Source: an uncultured Spirochaetales bacterium
Lineage (GTDB): Bacteria > Spirochaetota > Spirochaetia > SPDA01 > CAZSGZ01
NCBI GenBank assembly: GCA_964440465.1
Contig: CAYTSI010000001.1
Span: 7,976 to 71,975, forward strand
Direction of reading: 5' to 3'
Length of the DNA: 64,000 bases
Positions 9,849-19,592 of this stretch are shown piece after piece (the first letter of the stretch is position 1; each line of letters starts with the position of its first letter). The notes beneath the pieces were generated by a model. The model had not been told where the DNA came from and searched no databases. It was given only the letters and a program-made list of their open reading frames with translations. The position numbers and the translations under genes are program-made.

Positions 9849-11151
9849 TTGGCTGTATCGTACTTATTTTTTTAGACGCGAAATAGGCCGCGGCGGTTGA
9901 AGAGAGAAAGGCAAACAAAAATATCAGCACTGCCTCGGCGTAGGGAAGCGTAACCGGTACTTCCGACATATAGTAATAGCGGGGAGAAAATATGCTTACC
10001 TCCTCAATTCCGGCGCCGATGAGGGGATTGACAATTTGAAGCACAACGTAGAGGGCCGCGTTCGATACCCGTTCAAATACGGTAAATACCGTATTGATGT
10101 TGAACGCAATCAGCAGCCCGATGACGAGTCCCGACAGTCCGCCGAAGAGGCCGATAAAGATGCCGTCATAGATAAAAACACGCTGAATCGATCCTGCCGA
10201 CGCGCCGATGGACTTTAACAGTGAAATTTCCTCAATTTTTTCCAGTACCGTCCGTTTTAAGGACTGGTAAATATTACCGCCGACTACGATAAAAATAAGG
10301 CCGACCAAAACCATCATGGCGATTTTCTCCATCCGGAGGGCGCCGAAAAAAGAACTGTTGTATTCTCTCCAGGAAGTAACGCCGGTATCTGTCTTCTCTG
10401 CCGCCGGCAGCATCCGCAGCCGCGCGGCCGCGGACTTGTCGTTGTACCGGTTTTCGAGTTTTATTCCGTATACCAGCCTGTCGTTATTCGAAACAATGTC
10501 GGCGGCCGCGCTGAGGCTGATAAATCCCATTCCCCGATCGTATTCATAATATCCGCTTTTAAAAAGTCCGGTTATCTGGAACTGTTTTTGTTTCGGCTGT
10601 ATCGATGCAAACTCCCCGCCGGAAAGGGAAATCATGTTGATTTCATCACCGATTGTCACACCCAGATAGTTTGCAAGCTCAATGCCGAGCAAAATGCTCT
10701 TCTCGCCGCTAAGTATTGCATCACCCCCGACAATGTTCAGCTGGCGCAGCATGGAAGGATCGAATTCGGAAATATCAGGCGGTACACCGCGGACAATACA
10801 GGGCTGGAAATCGGAAAAGTCCGTCTTGACCATTGTCTGCGTTTCCACAACAGGAATAACCGACCGCACCCCCCGTACACCCCGAATTGCTTCAATTTCA
10901 TCCGTTTGATAGGTAATTCCCTCACCCGGAATACGCAGATGGAAGGAATTAATTTCCAAAATGTCTTCGATAAATCCGATTTGAAACCCGTTCATGACCG
11001 CGAGGACCGTAATGAGCGTCATTGTTCCGACGGCTATTCCCACTACCGACAATACCGACGAAGCGAGGTTCTTGTCCTTCCGTTTCGAACTGAAGTACCG
11101 GGAAGCGACAAAAAAGGTCCACCGCCCCCGGCGGGCGTTACCGTTCTTCAT
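9826..11151 (-). CDS. FtsX-family ABC transporter permease (LolC-like)
   Basis: 441 aa with the same architecture as 7831..9135; together they form a LolCDE-like three-gene unit. Confidence 0.75.
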   Translation of the reverse strand: MKNGNARRGRWTFFVASRYFSSKRKDKNLASSVLSVVGIAVGTMTLITVLAVMNGFQIGFIEDILEINSFHLRIPGEGITYQTDEIEAIRGVRGVRSVIPVVETQTMVKTDFSDFQPCIVRGVPPDISEFDPSMLRQLNIVGGDAILSGEKSILLGIELANYLGVTIGDEINMISLSGGEFASIQPKQKQFQITGLFKSGYYEYDRGMGFISLSAAADIVSNNDRLVYGIKLENRYNDKSAAARLRMLPAAEKTDTGVTSWREYNSSFFGALRMEKIAMMVLVGLIFIVVGGNIYQSLKRTVLEKIEEISLLKSIGASAGSIQRVFIYDGIFIGLFGGLSGLVIGLLIAFNINTVFTVFERVSNAALYVVLQIVNPLIGAGIEEVSIFSPRYYYMSEVPVTLPYAEAVLIFLFAFLSSTAAAYFASKKISTIQPSEVLHYE

Positions 11152-12208
11152 CAGCCCCGCCTCCGGATCCGATCATCAATTCTTTTTCTACTTCCTTATC
11201 ATCGACATATGTTATTTTCAGAAACGGTTTCCCCTGACGATACAAATATTCATAATATGTAGAATCGTCGACATATTCGGTCTTTGAAACGAGAATTCCG
11301 TTTTTATAATACATTTCTTCGTCCTGTTCTTTCGGCGCCGAATAGGTATATTCCCATCGTTCACGCGTCCCGGGGGTCCATACCCGTTTTTCAAGCACAT
11401 CATTCTCTTCGTTATATTTGTAGACTTTTTCCGCGATAAGCATTCCTCCCGATTCACGTAAAGACCGTTCCTCAAGCCCCTTCCGATTGTACCAGGTTTT
11501 TGTAACAATGTTAGCGGAGTAGTCGACGGCGACACTGTACTCCACCGTGCCGCTGTCGTAGGAGTAGTTCCTTTCGGCCGTTTTTTCCAGGTCCTTCCAA
11601 TTTTCCAGCGCGGACAGCTGCTGCTCTTTTTCAAAACGAAAGAGGTCTCCCCTGTCTCCCCTGCCGTGCCATTCCGCTGAAACCGAATCAGTCCCGAATG
11701 TATAGAATGATTCGGAAGTCTGTTCCGGGTATGTTCTTTGCATTTTTCTCAAACGTCCGTATTTACCCATACTGTATTCGATCCGGTACAGTTCCTCTCC
11801 GGCGGCATCAAGCGCGCGTATGTACGTCAACTCTCCGTTTGAATAATGGTACACAAGCTCCTCTTCAATTTCTTCAGTCCCGCTAAAATTGATTATCCGT
11901 TCAATACGGCCGCCGTCGGAAAAAACGGTCTCTTCCGTTTTTTTCTCTTCTTCAAATATGGTGACACTCCTTCCGCCGTCCGTCGTCTGCTCCACCCATT
12001 TCCGGTATTCTTTTCCCTCTTTCATGAGGATTTTCACCCGGGTGTCCGGCACCTCGTCGTGTATCCGAAGAACATACTCGAAGTTGTCCTGCCGGTAGGA
12101 TGATATTTTTTCCAAGGGCATACCGATGGAGTTTGAACGGAAAAGCAGCTCCGCCGTGAGGCAGCCGGAGGAGATAAAGAGAAACCATACAAGCAGCAGT
12201 TTTTTCAT
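11138..12208 (-). CDS. hypothetical lipoprotein with degenerate MORN/YwqK-like repeats
   Basis: Signal peptide with lipobox (FISSGC); repetitive Y/W-rich beta-hairpin-like segments; TAATG overlap with the ftsY stop. Confidence 0.5.
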   Translation of the reverse strand: MKKLLLVWFLFISSGCLTAELLFRSNSIGMPLEKISSYRQDNFEYVLRIHDEVPDTRVKILMKEGKEYRKWVEQTTDGGRSVTIFEEEKKTEETVFSDGGRIERIINFSGTEEIEEELVYHYSNGELTYIRALDAAGEELYRIEYSMGKYGRLRKMQRTYPEQTSESFYTFGTDSVSAEWHGRGDRGDLFRFEKEQQLSALENWKDLEKTAERNYSYDSGTVEYSVAVDYSANIVTKTWYNRKGLEERSLRESGGMLIAEKVYKYNEENDVLEKRVWTPGTRERWEYTYSAPKEQDEEMYYKNGILVSKTEYVDDSTYYEYLYRQGKPFLKITYVDDKEVEKELMIGSGGGADEER

Positions 12209-13080
12209 TACGTATCTATGAGCATATCCAAATACTGTTCTTTTGTAAAAGGTACAAAATCCTCGTATTTTTCACCGACACCGAGGAAGAGAAAGGGTAT
12301 TTCCAGCTGCCGGGAAATTGAAACGGCAACACCCCCTTTCGAAGAACTGTCATACTTTGTTAAAACGGCATAGTCAATTTTTACGGCTTCATTGAACAAT
12401 TCCGCCTGCCGCAGGGCGTTTTGCCCTGTGGTCGCGTCGATAATCAGAATTGTCCTGTATTCCGCTTCGGGGGCCCTGTTTTTCACAATTTTATCGATTT
12501 TCTTCAGCTCCTTCACCAAATTTGCTTTGTTGTGCATCCTTCCCGCCGTGTCCGCCAGAACAACGCCGCCGCCTTTTGCCTTCGCGCTTTCAATTGTGTC
12601 CCAAACGACAGCTCCGGGATCAGCCCCCGGCTCCTGCGCGACAACCCGTATCCCCAGCCGTTCCCCGTGCAGCTGCAGCTGATCGATTGCCGCGGCCCGA
12701 AAGGTATCGGCAGCCGCGAAATGTACCTTTTCTTTCCCGATTTTTTGCGCGAAATAATGGCCCAGTTTTGCCAAGGTTGTGGTTTTCCCCACCCCGTTTA
12801 CACCGAGGATGAGGAAAATATACAGCTTATTTTCCAGAACTTCGAGGTCCGCGACCCTGATATAATCGGCAAGGACCTCCTTCAGCCCCTTCCGCAGGGC
12901 CTCGTTATCGCCGTAGTTCTCTTCGGCCGCCCGCTCCCGCAGCCTGTCGCTGATTTCCATCGTCGCCGACGCCCCGATGTCCGCTTCAATTAACGCGTCC
13001 TCGATATCTTCATAAAACGACTCGTCCAGGTTCTTCCTCTGAAAGATCTCTTTCAGCCGTAAACCGAGTTTTTTCTTCAC
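12208..13080 (-). CDS. ftsY: signal recognition particle receptor FtsY (short NG-only form)
   Basis: SRP GTPase motifs GVNGVGKTTT, DTAGR, TKYD; 290 aa with no acidic A domain. Confidence 0.85.
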   Translation of the reverse strand: MKKKLGLRLKEIFQRKNLDESFYEDIEDALIEADIGASATMEISDRLRERAAEENYGDNEALRKGLKEVLADYIRVADLEVLENKLYIFLILGVNGVGKTTTLAKLGHYFAQKIGKEKVHFAAADTFRAAAIDQLQLHGERLGIRVVAQEPGADPGAVVWDTIESAKAKGGGVVLADTAGRMHNKANLVKELKKIDKIVKNRAPEAEYRTILIIDATTGQNALRQAELFNEAVKIDYAVLTKYDSSSKGGVAVSISRQLEIPFLFLGVGEKYEDFVPFTKEQYLDMLIDT

Positions 13081-13095
13081 ACAAATCTCCTTGTC

Positions 13096-14592
13096 TCAAT
13101 CTAATTCGCTCGCGCGGATGTATTCCGCCAGCCGAAAAATCGTATGCAGCAGCATGGAAGCGGTAACAATGATCGTCCCGACATACCCGTGGTAGGCGGC
13201 CATGGAGCCCCGCAGTTTTTTCGCCATTTCCTCGGTATTTCCGGCAGCAGCGGCAATGCTGAAGCCCGAAGCCAAGTCCTCGGTTATGCTGTACAGGAAA
13301 AACGGTATCGGGAATGACAGCACGAAAAAACCCGCGGCCAGATAAAATTCATCCCGTTTTTTATCGAGGTATGCCGAAGAATCAAAAGCAAAAGGGGAAA
13401 GCCTGACACTGACACTTCCCCTGTCTCCCGGTCCCGCGTTCAGATATTCGGGGCTGAAATCCCGTTTGACAACCATAATACGCTGCAGTTTCTCATCCGG
13501 GAGGGACAGCAGAAGGGGTGTCGTTCCCAGCCATATCGGGCCGGAATAGACATCCGCCCGGGGAGGGTCCGATGAAATAAGCAGCGTGTCCTCCCGGACC
13601 GGCTGCAGCTGCATGTTCACGGACCCCGTTTCCCTCGGAGATACCCTTATTTCCCGCTCGAGGCGCTCATATCCCGGTGCCTTCGCGCTGACGGTGTGGT
13701 CCCCCGGCTGCAGATACACATCTTCCACAGTACCGCTTCCGATAAACTTTCCGTTAAGGTAAATATCCGCGTCTTCCGGGACCGCCGTTACCCGGAGAAA
13801 GGCCCATTCCTCTCCTACAATTACATCGTAGGTCGCGCGTACTACCCTGTCAATTACCTCCCGCAAATTCTCTCTGCTTCCCGCGTCCTCTATCAGCAGC
13901 ACTTCTTCCCGGAGAATACTGCTGTACAGGGCAACTTGAATATAAAAATAATCGGAAATCTGTTCCACCCTGCCGCTTATATGAAAATCGAGCTGAAACC
14001 TGCTGCTTACAGCGGCGGATGAAATCTGTTCCGCGGGGAGCAGCCCTCCGTTTTCCCCGTGGGTGTACAGTTCAATCGGCTTTTTCTCGGCAACAGGCAG
14101 TTCGCTGTCCCGGGAGCCGGTAATTGCTTCGATTTCCTCCCGAAGATCAGCCATCTTCTGCCGAAACTGTTCTTCCTGCTCTTCGCTTACACCCGCGGAC
14201 AGAAACAGTTTGTCCCGCTCCCGAAACAGGGCGGCCATTTCTTTCCGCCGTTTATTTTCTGCCGCTTCCCGAAGCCGCTGCCGGTATTCGGTCTGTTCCC
14301 GTTCACTAAGATAATGATAGGGAAACTGCCGCAGCTGTTCCCGAATGAGGGTCGGGATGTTCATCGTAAGGTATTCGCTTTCCCGGCCTAATCCGCTGCC
14401 GGAAAAAATCGAAATTCCCACGATAATCTTCTCTTTTGTATCCGGCAGGGCGGCAGGCGGTTCCGCCGCGCTCCCGATGCCCTCGAAAGAGAAAAGAACG
14501 AGTAGACAGCAAACTGCTGTTTTACCGGGCCGCCGCTTTCCGCAAAGCTGAAATGACCCGCTCTTCCGTAAACGGTTTAACAATAAAATCAT
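13096..14592 (-). CDS. secreted PEGA-domain protein with coiled-coil region
   Basis: Two PEGA-like repeats (VTAVPEDADIYLNGKFIGSGTVEDVYLQPGDHTVSAKAPGY and SSDPPRADVYSGPIWLGTTP). Hydrophobic N-terminus. The 5' 71 nt overlap the upstream receiver gene, so the true start may be a downstream non-ATG codon. Confidence 0.55.
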   Translation of the reverse strand: MILLLNRLRKSGSFQLCGKRRPGKTAVCCLLVLFSFEGIGSAAEPPAALPDTKEKIIVGISIFSGSGLGRESEYLTMNIPTLIREQLRQFPYHYLSEREQTEYRQRLREAAENKRRKEMAALFRERDKLFLSAGVSEEQEEQFRQKMADLREEIEAITGSRDSELPVAEKKPIELYTHGENGGLLPAEQISSAAVSSRFQLDFHISGRVEQISDYFYIQVALYSSILREEVLLIEDAGSRENLREVIDRVVRATYDVIVGEEWAFLRVTAVPEDADIYLNGKFIGSGTVEDVYLQPGDHTVSAKAPGYERLEREIRVSPRETGSVNMQLQPVREDTLLISSDPPRADVYSGPIWLGTTPLLLSLPDEKLQRIMVVKRDFSPEYLNAGPGDRGSVSVRLSPFAFDSSAYLDKKRDEFYLAAGFFVLSFPIPFFLYSITEDLASGFSIAAAAGNTEEMAKKLRGSMAAYHGYVGTIIVTASMLLHTIFRLAEYIRASELD

Positions 14593-14911
14593 AGGCCCCT
14601 AACTGTATTGCTCGGATTATATATTTTTGCTGACCTAACGAAGAACACATCACAACTTTCGCGTTCCTGTCGTAATATTTTATTTCTTTCAGTGCCGACA
14701 GACCGTCCTTCTCCGGCATCGTAATGTCGAGAAGTACCAGGTCCGGTGAATGGGCTTTATACTGCCTGACTGCTTCAACCCCGTCAGCAGCTTCAGCCGC
14801 CACCGTAAATTCTCCTTTCTCGACAATCTCCCGGAGAACGGAACGCATGAACGAAAGATCGTCCGCTATGAGCACGCTTTGCTTTTTTATTGGCTGTTCT
14901 CCCAATTCCAT
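14522..14911 (-). CDS. single-domain response regulator receiver (CheY-like)
   Basis: 129 aa with the REC fold pattern: acidic pocket D(D), phospho-acceptor D in LVLLDITMP, and conserved K in FIVKPF. Confidence 0.8.
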   Translation of the reverse strand: MELGEQPIKKQSVLIADDLSFMRSVLREIVEKGEFTVAAEAADGVEAVRQYKAHSPDLVLLDITMPEKDGLSALKEIKYYDRNAKVVMCSSLGQQKYIIRAIQLGAYDFIVKPFTEERVISALRKAAAR

Positions 14912-15991
14912 TTTAAGTATTCTTCAATGAAAGGATCCAAATTGCCGTCCATCACAGCCCCGACATTTCCGGTCTCCTTCTTTGTTCGATGGTCCTTCAC
15001 CATTGTATAGGGCTGAAACACGTATGACCGAATCTGATTGCCCCAGGAAATATCTTTCTTGTCCTCCAGTTTTTTTTCATGCTCGTCTTCCTGCTGTTTT
15101 TTATAATAATCGTACAGTCTCGACCGCAAAACCTTCATGGCAGTTGCTTTGTTTTTATGCTGACTCCGCTCATTTTGACACTGCACAACGATTCCCGTTT
15201 CAAGGTGGGTAATCCGCACGGCGGAATCGGTCTTATTAACGTGCTGCCCGCCCGCCCCCTGCGCCCGGTAGGTGTCTATCCGCAGCTCCTCCGGTTGTAT
15301 ATCAATTTCAATGTCATCATCTACAACCGGGGAAACATATACCGATGCAAATGAGGTATGCCGCCGCGCTCCCGAATCAAAGGGGGATATCCGGACAAGA
15401 CGGTGGATCCCCGTTTCACCTTTTAGATACCCGAAAACGAAACTGCCCGAAATTTCCAGGGTCACCGATTTTATCCCCCCTTCCGCTTCGAGAAAGTCGA
15501 CGGTCTCTATTCTGTATTCCTTCGTCTCGGACCACCTCGTATACATGCGAAGAAGCATACTGACCCAGTCGCAGGCTTCCGTTCCGCCGGCGCCGGAATG
15601 GATTGTAAGGAAAGCGGGCTTGTCGTCGAACTCCTCTCCTAAAAGCTCGAGAACACGTAATTTTTCAAATTTACGCGTCAGGTCCTCCGCGCCCTCGGAA
15701 ATTTCCCCTTCCAGGGAATCTTCCCCTTCCGCTTGTGCCAGTTCAAACATCCCTTCCAAATCGTTAAACTGCTGTTTTAATTCCTTCCACGGTTCGTACC
15801 GTTTCTTCAGACTGCTTATTTCCTGCAGGACCTTCTCGGCTTTTTCCCGGTTGTCCCAGAAACTCTGCTCCAGCGTTTTTTGTTCCAGTTCTCCTATTTC
15901 GTGTTCGAATTGTTCCGAGTCAAAGACGCCTCCAAACTTCATTAATTTCGTCGCGCAAGTCCGCTATTTTGTTTTCAAGGTCCGTATTCAT
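14887..15991 (-). CDS. prfB: peptide chain release factor 2, with programmed +1 frameshift
   Basis: Downstream frame carries the RF2 core (GGQ motif in RAQGAGGQHVNKTDSAVRITH). The upstream frame starts at ATG 15991 (MNTDLENKIADLRDEINEVWRRL) and ends at CTT TGA C. A +1 shift joins it to the 351-aa ORF of the track. Confidence 0.85.
15916..15925 (-). other. prfB: prfB +1 programmed ribosomal frameshift site (CTT TGA C), preceded by an AGG-rich SD-like stimulator
   Basis: Minus-strand sequence ...GTTTGGAGGCGTCTTTGACTCGG... has an in-frame UGA at codon 25; the +1 frame continues as LDSEQFEHEI. Confidence 0.8.
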
Positions 15992-16028
15992 GTACTCCTC
16001 CGATATGTTCCTGCTATTTATGATTTAT

Positions 16029-16301
16029 TTATGGTTGTACAACGTATTTTTTCCACTTTTTGTTTGTTAAAAATGTCACAACGAGGGTACCATCCATGGG
16101 AAACTGATAAAACCTGATTTTATCGTAATGGTCGGTACTTTTATCCAGGTCCCGTTTCAGCCGAAGGAGGGTATCATCTTTTATCCGGGTGGATTCATAA
16201 ACATTTGAAATAATTTCTTTGAATCCGTACATCTTCAGCACTTCATACACGGCATTTTTGTTGTCTTCGCTTCCAATATCGCATACCACCGATACAAACA
16301 T
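16029..16301 (-). CDS. Cas2/VapD-superfamily small protein (orphan; no cas1 or CRISPR array in window)
   Basis: 90 aa. N-terminal beta-strand with Asp (VVCDIGSED) resembles the Cas2 YDV(S)DD motif. NAVYEVLKMYGFKEIISNVYES resembles the RRAKVAKxLxxYGxRVQYSVFEC helix-strand. DKIRFYQFP resembles Cas2 DSLRFY. GC is markedly lower than in the flanks. It lies 37 nt upstream of prfB on the same strand. Confidence 0.55.
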   Translation of the reverse strand: MFVSVVCDIGSEDNKNAVYEVLKMYGFKEIISNVYESTRIKDDTLLRLKRDLDKSTDHYDKIRFYQFPMDGTLVVTFLTNKKWKKYVVQP

Positions 16302-16386
16302 GGAAATAGTGTAAGTATATCAAATAGATGTGTCAAACCCTAATTTTTTCTATGGACTTTTATCATACGGACCGATTATTATAGTA

Positions 16387-17622
16387 ATGATGAAGAAACT
16401 AGCCGGCATTACCCTGCTTCTGCTGTGTATATCTGTTTTTTCCTTTGCACAGGTCGCCAGGGAGGTTTTTGCCCCCTTTGTAAGCAGAATACGTGTTTCC
16501 ACGGAAAACGGCGGAGTCCGGCTTACCTGGAAAGCTACCGACGATGTGGAGGGAACATGTATTGTCTACCGCCATACGGAGGAAATAACCGGCACGACAT
16601 TTCCAGGCGCGGTACGGGTCGGGGAAGTTCGTCAAAACACGGGATCGTTTATCGATTACCCCGAACAGACAGGCACCTACTACTACGCCGTTCTTATCCG
16701 GGACACAAGCGGAAAAACCTACGAATTATTTATTCCATTTAGAAACAAGACGACAACGGGAGTTGCCGTTACCTTCCTCGGCACCGAAAAGGAACTTGCC
16801 GCGGTCATTAGCGGCATCGAAACCCAAACACAGCGGGATTCCATCTTAGTTACCTTCGAGTCATCCAAGGACGACAGGGAGCTGATACTATACCGGAGCA
16901 CCGCGCCTTTAACGAAAAGCACCGATTTAGCGTACGCCCAGCCCCTTCGGGCAATACCCAGTTCCCGGTCGAGTTTTCAGGACTTTCCCGTTCCGGGTAT
17001 TTCCTACTACTACGCTATTATGGACAGCGGACTGGTTAAAATCGGTGATATTGCCTTTGCGGCAGGAAAAAACTCCACCATTATCCCGGCCAGCATTCCG
17101 GTGGGAAACCGCGTCGGACTCCCGGAAACGACGGTAAGCAGGAACATGCCGCTTCCGCTGCTTCCCCTTTTTTTGAAAATAGCAACAGGCGAACAGCTTT
17201 CCATCCCCCGGCCGATGTCGCCTCCGGTCCCAAACGCGTTAGGTCCCGCCGCTAACAAAGCGGTTACGTCCCTTTTATCGGGAATTTCTTTCGAGAGGAT
17301 AAGCGCCTTAACTCCGACGATACTGCCCGCGGACAAGGGCGCGATCGTCAGCGGCGGAGAGGAATACACGCTAAAATCGATCCTCCGGAAAGAATTCGCG
17401 GAAAAACGGTGGATGGAATCGGAACGGCTTCTGAAAAATTTTTTAAGTATTCACCGGTCCGCGGAAATTGAACAGCGGGGGCGGTTTTATCTCGGCCAGA
17501 CCCTCTTTTTTCAAGAGAAATACCGTGACGCTTTTATACAGTTTGTGCTTATACGAGACGAGCTGTACACCGAAGTATCGCCCTGGATAGACCGGCTCTT
17601 TACAATTTTTATCGACCTCTAG
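16387..17622 (+). CDS. secreted hypothetical protein with two Fn3-like repeats and a C-terminal helical (TPR-like) region
   Basis: Start trimmed to MMKKLAGITLLLLCISVFSFAQ (signal peptide); repeated motifs VRLTWKATDD...YYYAV and ILVTFESSKDD...YYYAI. Confidence 0.5.
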   Translation: MMKKLAGITLLLLCISVFSFAQVAREVFAPFVSRIRVSTENGGVRLTWKATDDVEGTCIVYRHTEEITGTTFPGAVRVGEVRQNTGSFIDYPEQTGTYYYAVLIRDTSGKTYELFIPFRNKTTTGVAVTFLGTEKELAAVISGIETQTQRDSILVTFESSKDDRELILYRSTAPLTKSTDLAYAQPLRAIPSSRSSFQDFPVPGISYYYAIMDSGLVKIGDIAFAAGKNSTIIPASIPVGNRVGLPETTVSRNMPLPLLPLFLKIATGEQLSIPRPMSPPVPNALGPAANKAVTSLLSGISFERISALTPTILPADKGAIVSGGEEYTLKSILRKEFAEKRWMESERLLKNFLSIHRSAEIEQRGRFYLGQTLFFQEKYRDAFIQFVLIRDELYTEVSPWIDRLFTIFIDL

Positions 17623-19568
17623 CCCATTTCCGTAAAAATGATGCTGATGGAGTTACTCCAGGATTCTCCCTGCTCGAGTTTGAGTTCCCATCTCGGTATA
17701 AAGCAGGTGGATTGATACATTGTTTCCATTCCCGCTTCGCCTAAACTGTTTGTTTCAATCGGCAGTATCCAGAGCTCTCCCGGAACACCGGCTTCGATTT
17801 TTATAGAAACGTTGTTCGTTACATCATCCACTGTAATTTCTTTTACGTCCCGCACGGTTGTGAGGTCGATTCCCAATTCAACGGTTTTCTGCTTACTGGT
17901 GTTGTATACCCGGTGGCTTTCCATCCCCTTCGCGGCGAAAGAGAGATTGCACTCGGTGCCGAAAACCGTCCTCAGTTCAGTTTCTCCAAGGTTCGTCACG
18001 CTGTATTCAACGTCAATTTTATTTTTATTAAAACTGTATTTCTTTTCAACGGCGGCGGGCACTGTCTTTGTTTCACCGCGTACCGCCCCCTCACAGCGCA
18101 GCGTAACATGCTTTTTTTCCCGTTCGAATTCGGTAACTTCGTAAACGGAATGAATAAAATCTCCCTTTTCATCGTGCTCAATTCGGTCGAACGTTTCGAT
18201 TTTTTCCGATGTACTAAAAAAATGGTCGATAAAAGCCTTCCGGGGATATTCATCAATCCGTACATTGGAAAGGCTGAATTCTTTGTAGTACTTTTCTAAG
18301 TACCGGGACATTGAGTCGAGATAATTCCAGCTTTTCGGCAGAAAATCGAGTTCAAAGAGCACCCCTCCCCGTTCGTGAATGTAGGCGTTCAATTCGTTTC
18401 CCTGGTATAGATATTCCTTCCTGCCGTCCATATCGAAATCGACGGATATGACCGACGGTATAAAAATGCCCTTTTCATGGGTAACCTTCTCGGCTTCAAT
18501 AAGGGAATGATACGCGGCCTTCCTGAGGTGATTGCTGTAAATCCCGTGCGGGTTCCCGTGCCAGTAGGCGTTATTGCACTGCCCTTTCCATAGTTCTTCC
18601 CGGGCCGTCTTTTTTCGGTATTTATCTCCGCGGATTTGATTGACCAGAATATTTGTATAAATCATCTTGGAATAGAGCATGTTGCTTTCGTAATATTTCG
18701 AGAGCACCTGCCGGAAATAGAGGCTTTCATCATACTTCGTATTGTGAAAGGGGGTGCAGTTGAAATAAAACTTTTTTTTCGGAACGTAATACCGAAGCAG
18801 AGAACCGGGGCGGACCATTTCTATTGTATCTTCGTGGTCGAAAAGTATTGAGAAAAACGATTCGAACCAGTTCTCCTGATAACATCTTTTTCCCGATTCG
18901 CCGTACAGACCGTATTTCTCTCCGGGTTCGAGGATTGTTACCACCCGGGGCGTATTTTTGCCCCCCGCCGACAGCAGTTTTTCGATCATTTCCCGGGGCC
19001 CCTCGCGGGGAATACGGTCGTTGAACTTTTGGAGTACCGGAAAAACGGTTATTATTTTGCCCTGGTCCTCGGTAATGCACGGCTCATACAGCCCCTCCTC
19101 CGTTCCCCCGGCATTGAAAAAATGGTGGTCATCGAGAAACAGATAATCCATGCCGCTGCTTGCAAACATATACGCGAGGGAGGGGTCCCAAACCTGCTGG
19201 GTGACCCAGCTGCCCCGGGGACGTTTACCGAAATTTTTCCGTATATACGTTGTAAGGAGTTCTATCTGGCCGATCCTGTCCGCGTTCGGTATCATTGGAA
19301 GGATCGGATCGTAATACCCGCTTCCAAGAAGTTCGACCTGCCGCCGCTTGACCATTTCATTGAGAAGCATGAGAAATTCAGGATGATTTTTTTCAAACCA
19401 TTCCAGCAGTATTCCGGAGTAATGCAGCACAACCCGTGTTTTCGGAAAATTGTATAAAACAGTGAGAAAGGGCTTGTAGGCTTCCTGGTATGCCTTTTCA
19501 AACTGGTAGTCGTCGCTGCCGGCGGGTTGACTGTTGTAGGTCCCGAATATGAGTTTTACCTTTTCCAT
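17619..19568 (-). CDS. glycoside hydrolase family 57 protein (alpha-amylase/4-alpha-glucanotransferase-like)
   Basis: 649 aa with a GH57 N-terminal catalytic region (HYSGILLEW, LGSGYYDPILP, WVTQQVWDP). Confidence 0.8.
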   Translation of the reverse strand: MEKVKLIFGTYNSQPAGSDDYQFEKAYQEAYKPFLTVLYNFPKTRVVLHYSGILLEWFEKNHPEFLMLLNEMVKRRQVELLGSGYYDPILPMIPNADRIGQIELLTTYIRKNFGKRPRGSWVTQQVWDPSLAYMFASSGMDYLFLDDHHFFNAGGTEEGLYEPCITEDQGKIITVFPVLQKFNDRIPREGPREMIEKLLSAGGKNTPRVVTILEPGEKYGLYGESGKRCYQENWFESFFSILFDHEDTIEMVRPGSLLRYYVPKKKFYFNCTPFHNTKYDESLYFRQVLSKYYESNMLYSKMIYTNILVNQIRGDKYRKKTAREELWKGQCNNAYWHGNPHGIYSNHLRKAAYHSLIEAEKVTHEKGIFIPSVISVDFDMDGRKEYLYQGNELNAYIHERGGVLFELDFLPKSWNYLDSMSRYLEKYYKEFSLSNVRIDEYPRKAFIDHFFSTSEKIETFDRIEHDEKGDFIHSVYEVTEFEREKKHVTLRCEGAVRGETKTVPAAVEKKYSFNKNKIDVEYSVTNLGETELRTVFGTECNLSFAAKGMESHRVYNTSKQKTVELGIDLTTVRDVKEITVDDVTNNVSIKIEAGVPGELWILPIETNSLGEAGMETMYQSTCFIPRWELKLEQGESWSNSISIIFTEMG

Positions 19569-19592
19569 ATCGTATCGTCCAAAAAGGGTGAT

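Noticed and set aside
16302-16386. possible CRISPR array or leader next to the Cas2-like gene
   Set aside because: Read the 85-nt intergenic region and the flanks: no direct repeats of CRISPR length or spacing anywhere near. The whole window lacks repeat arrays.
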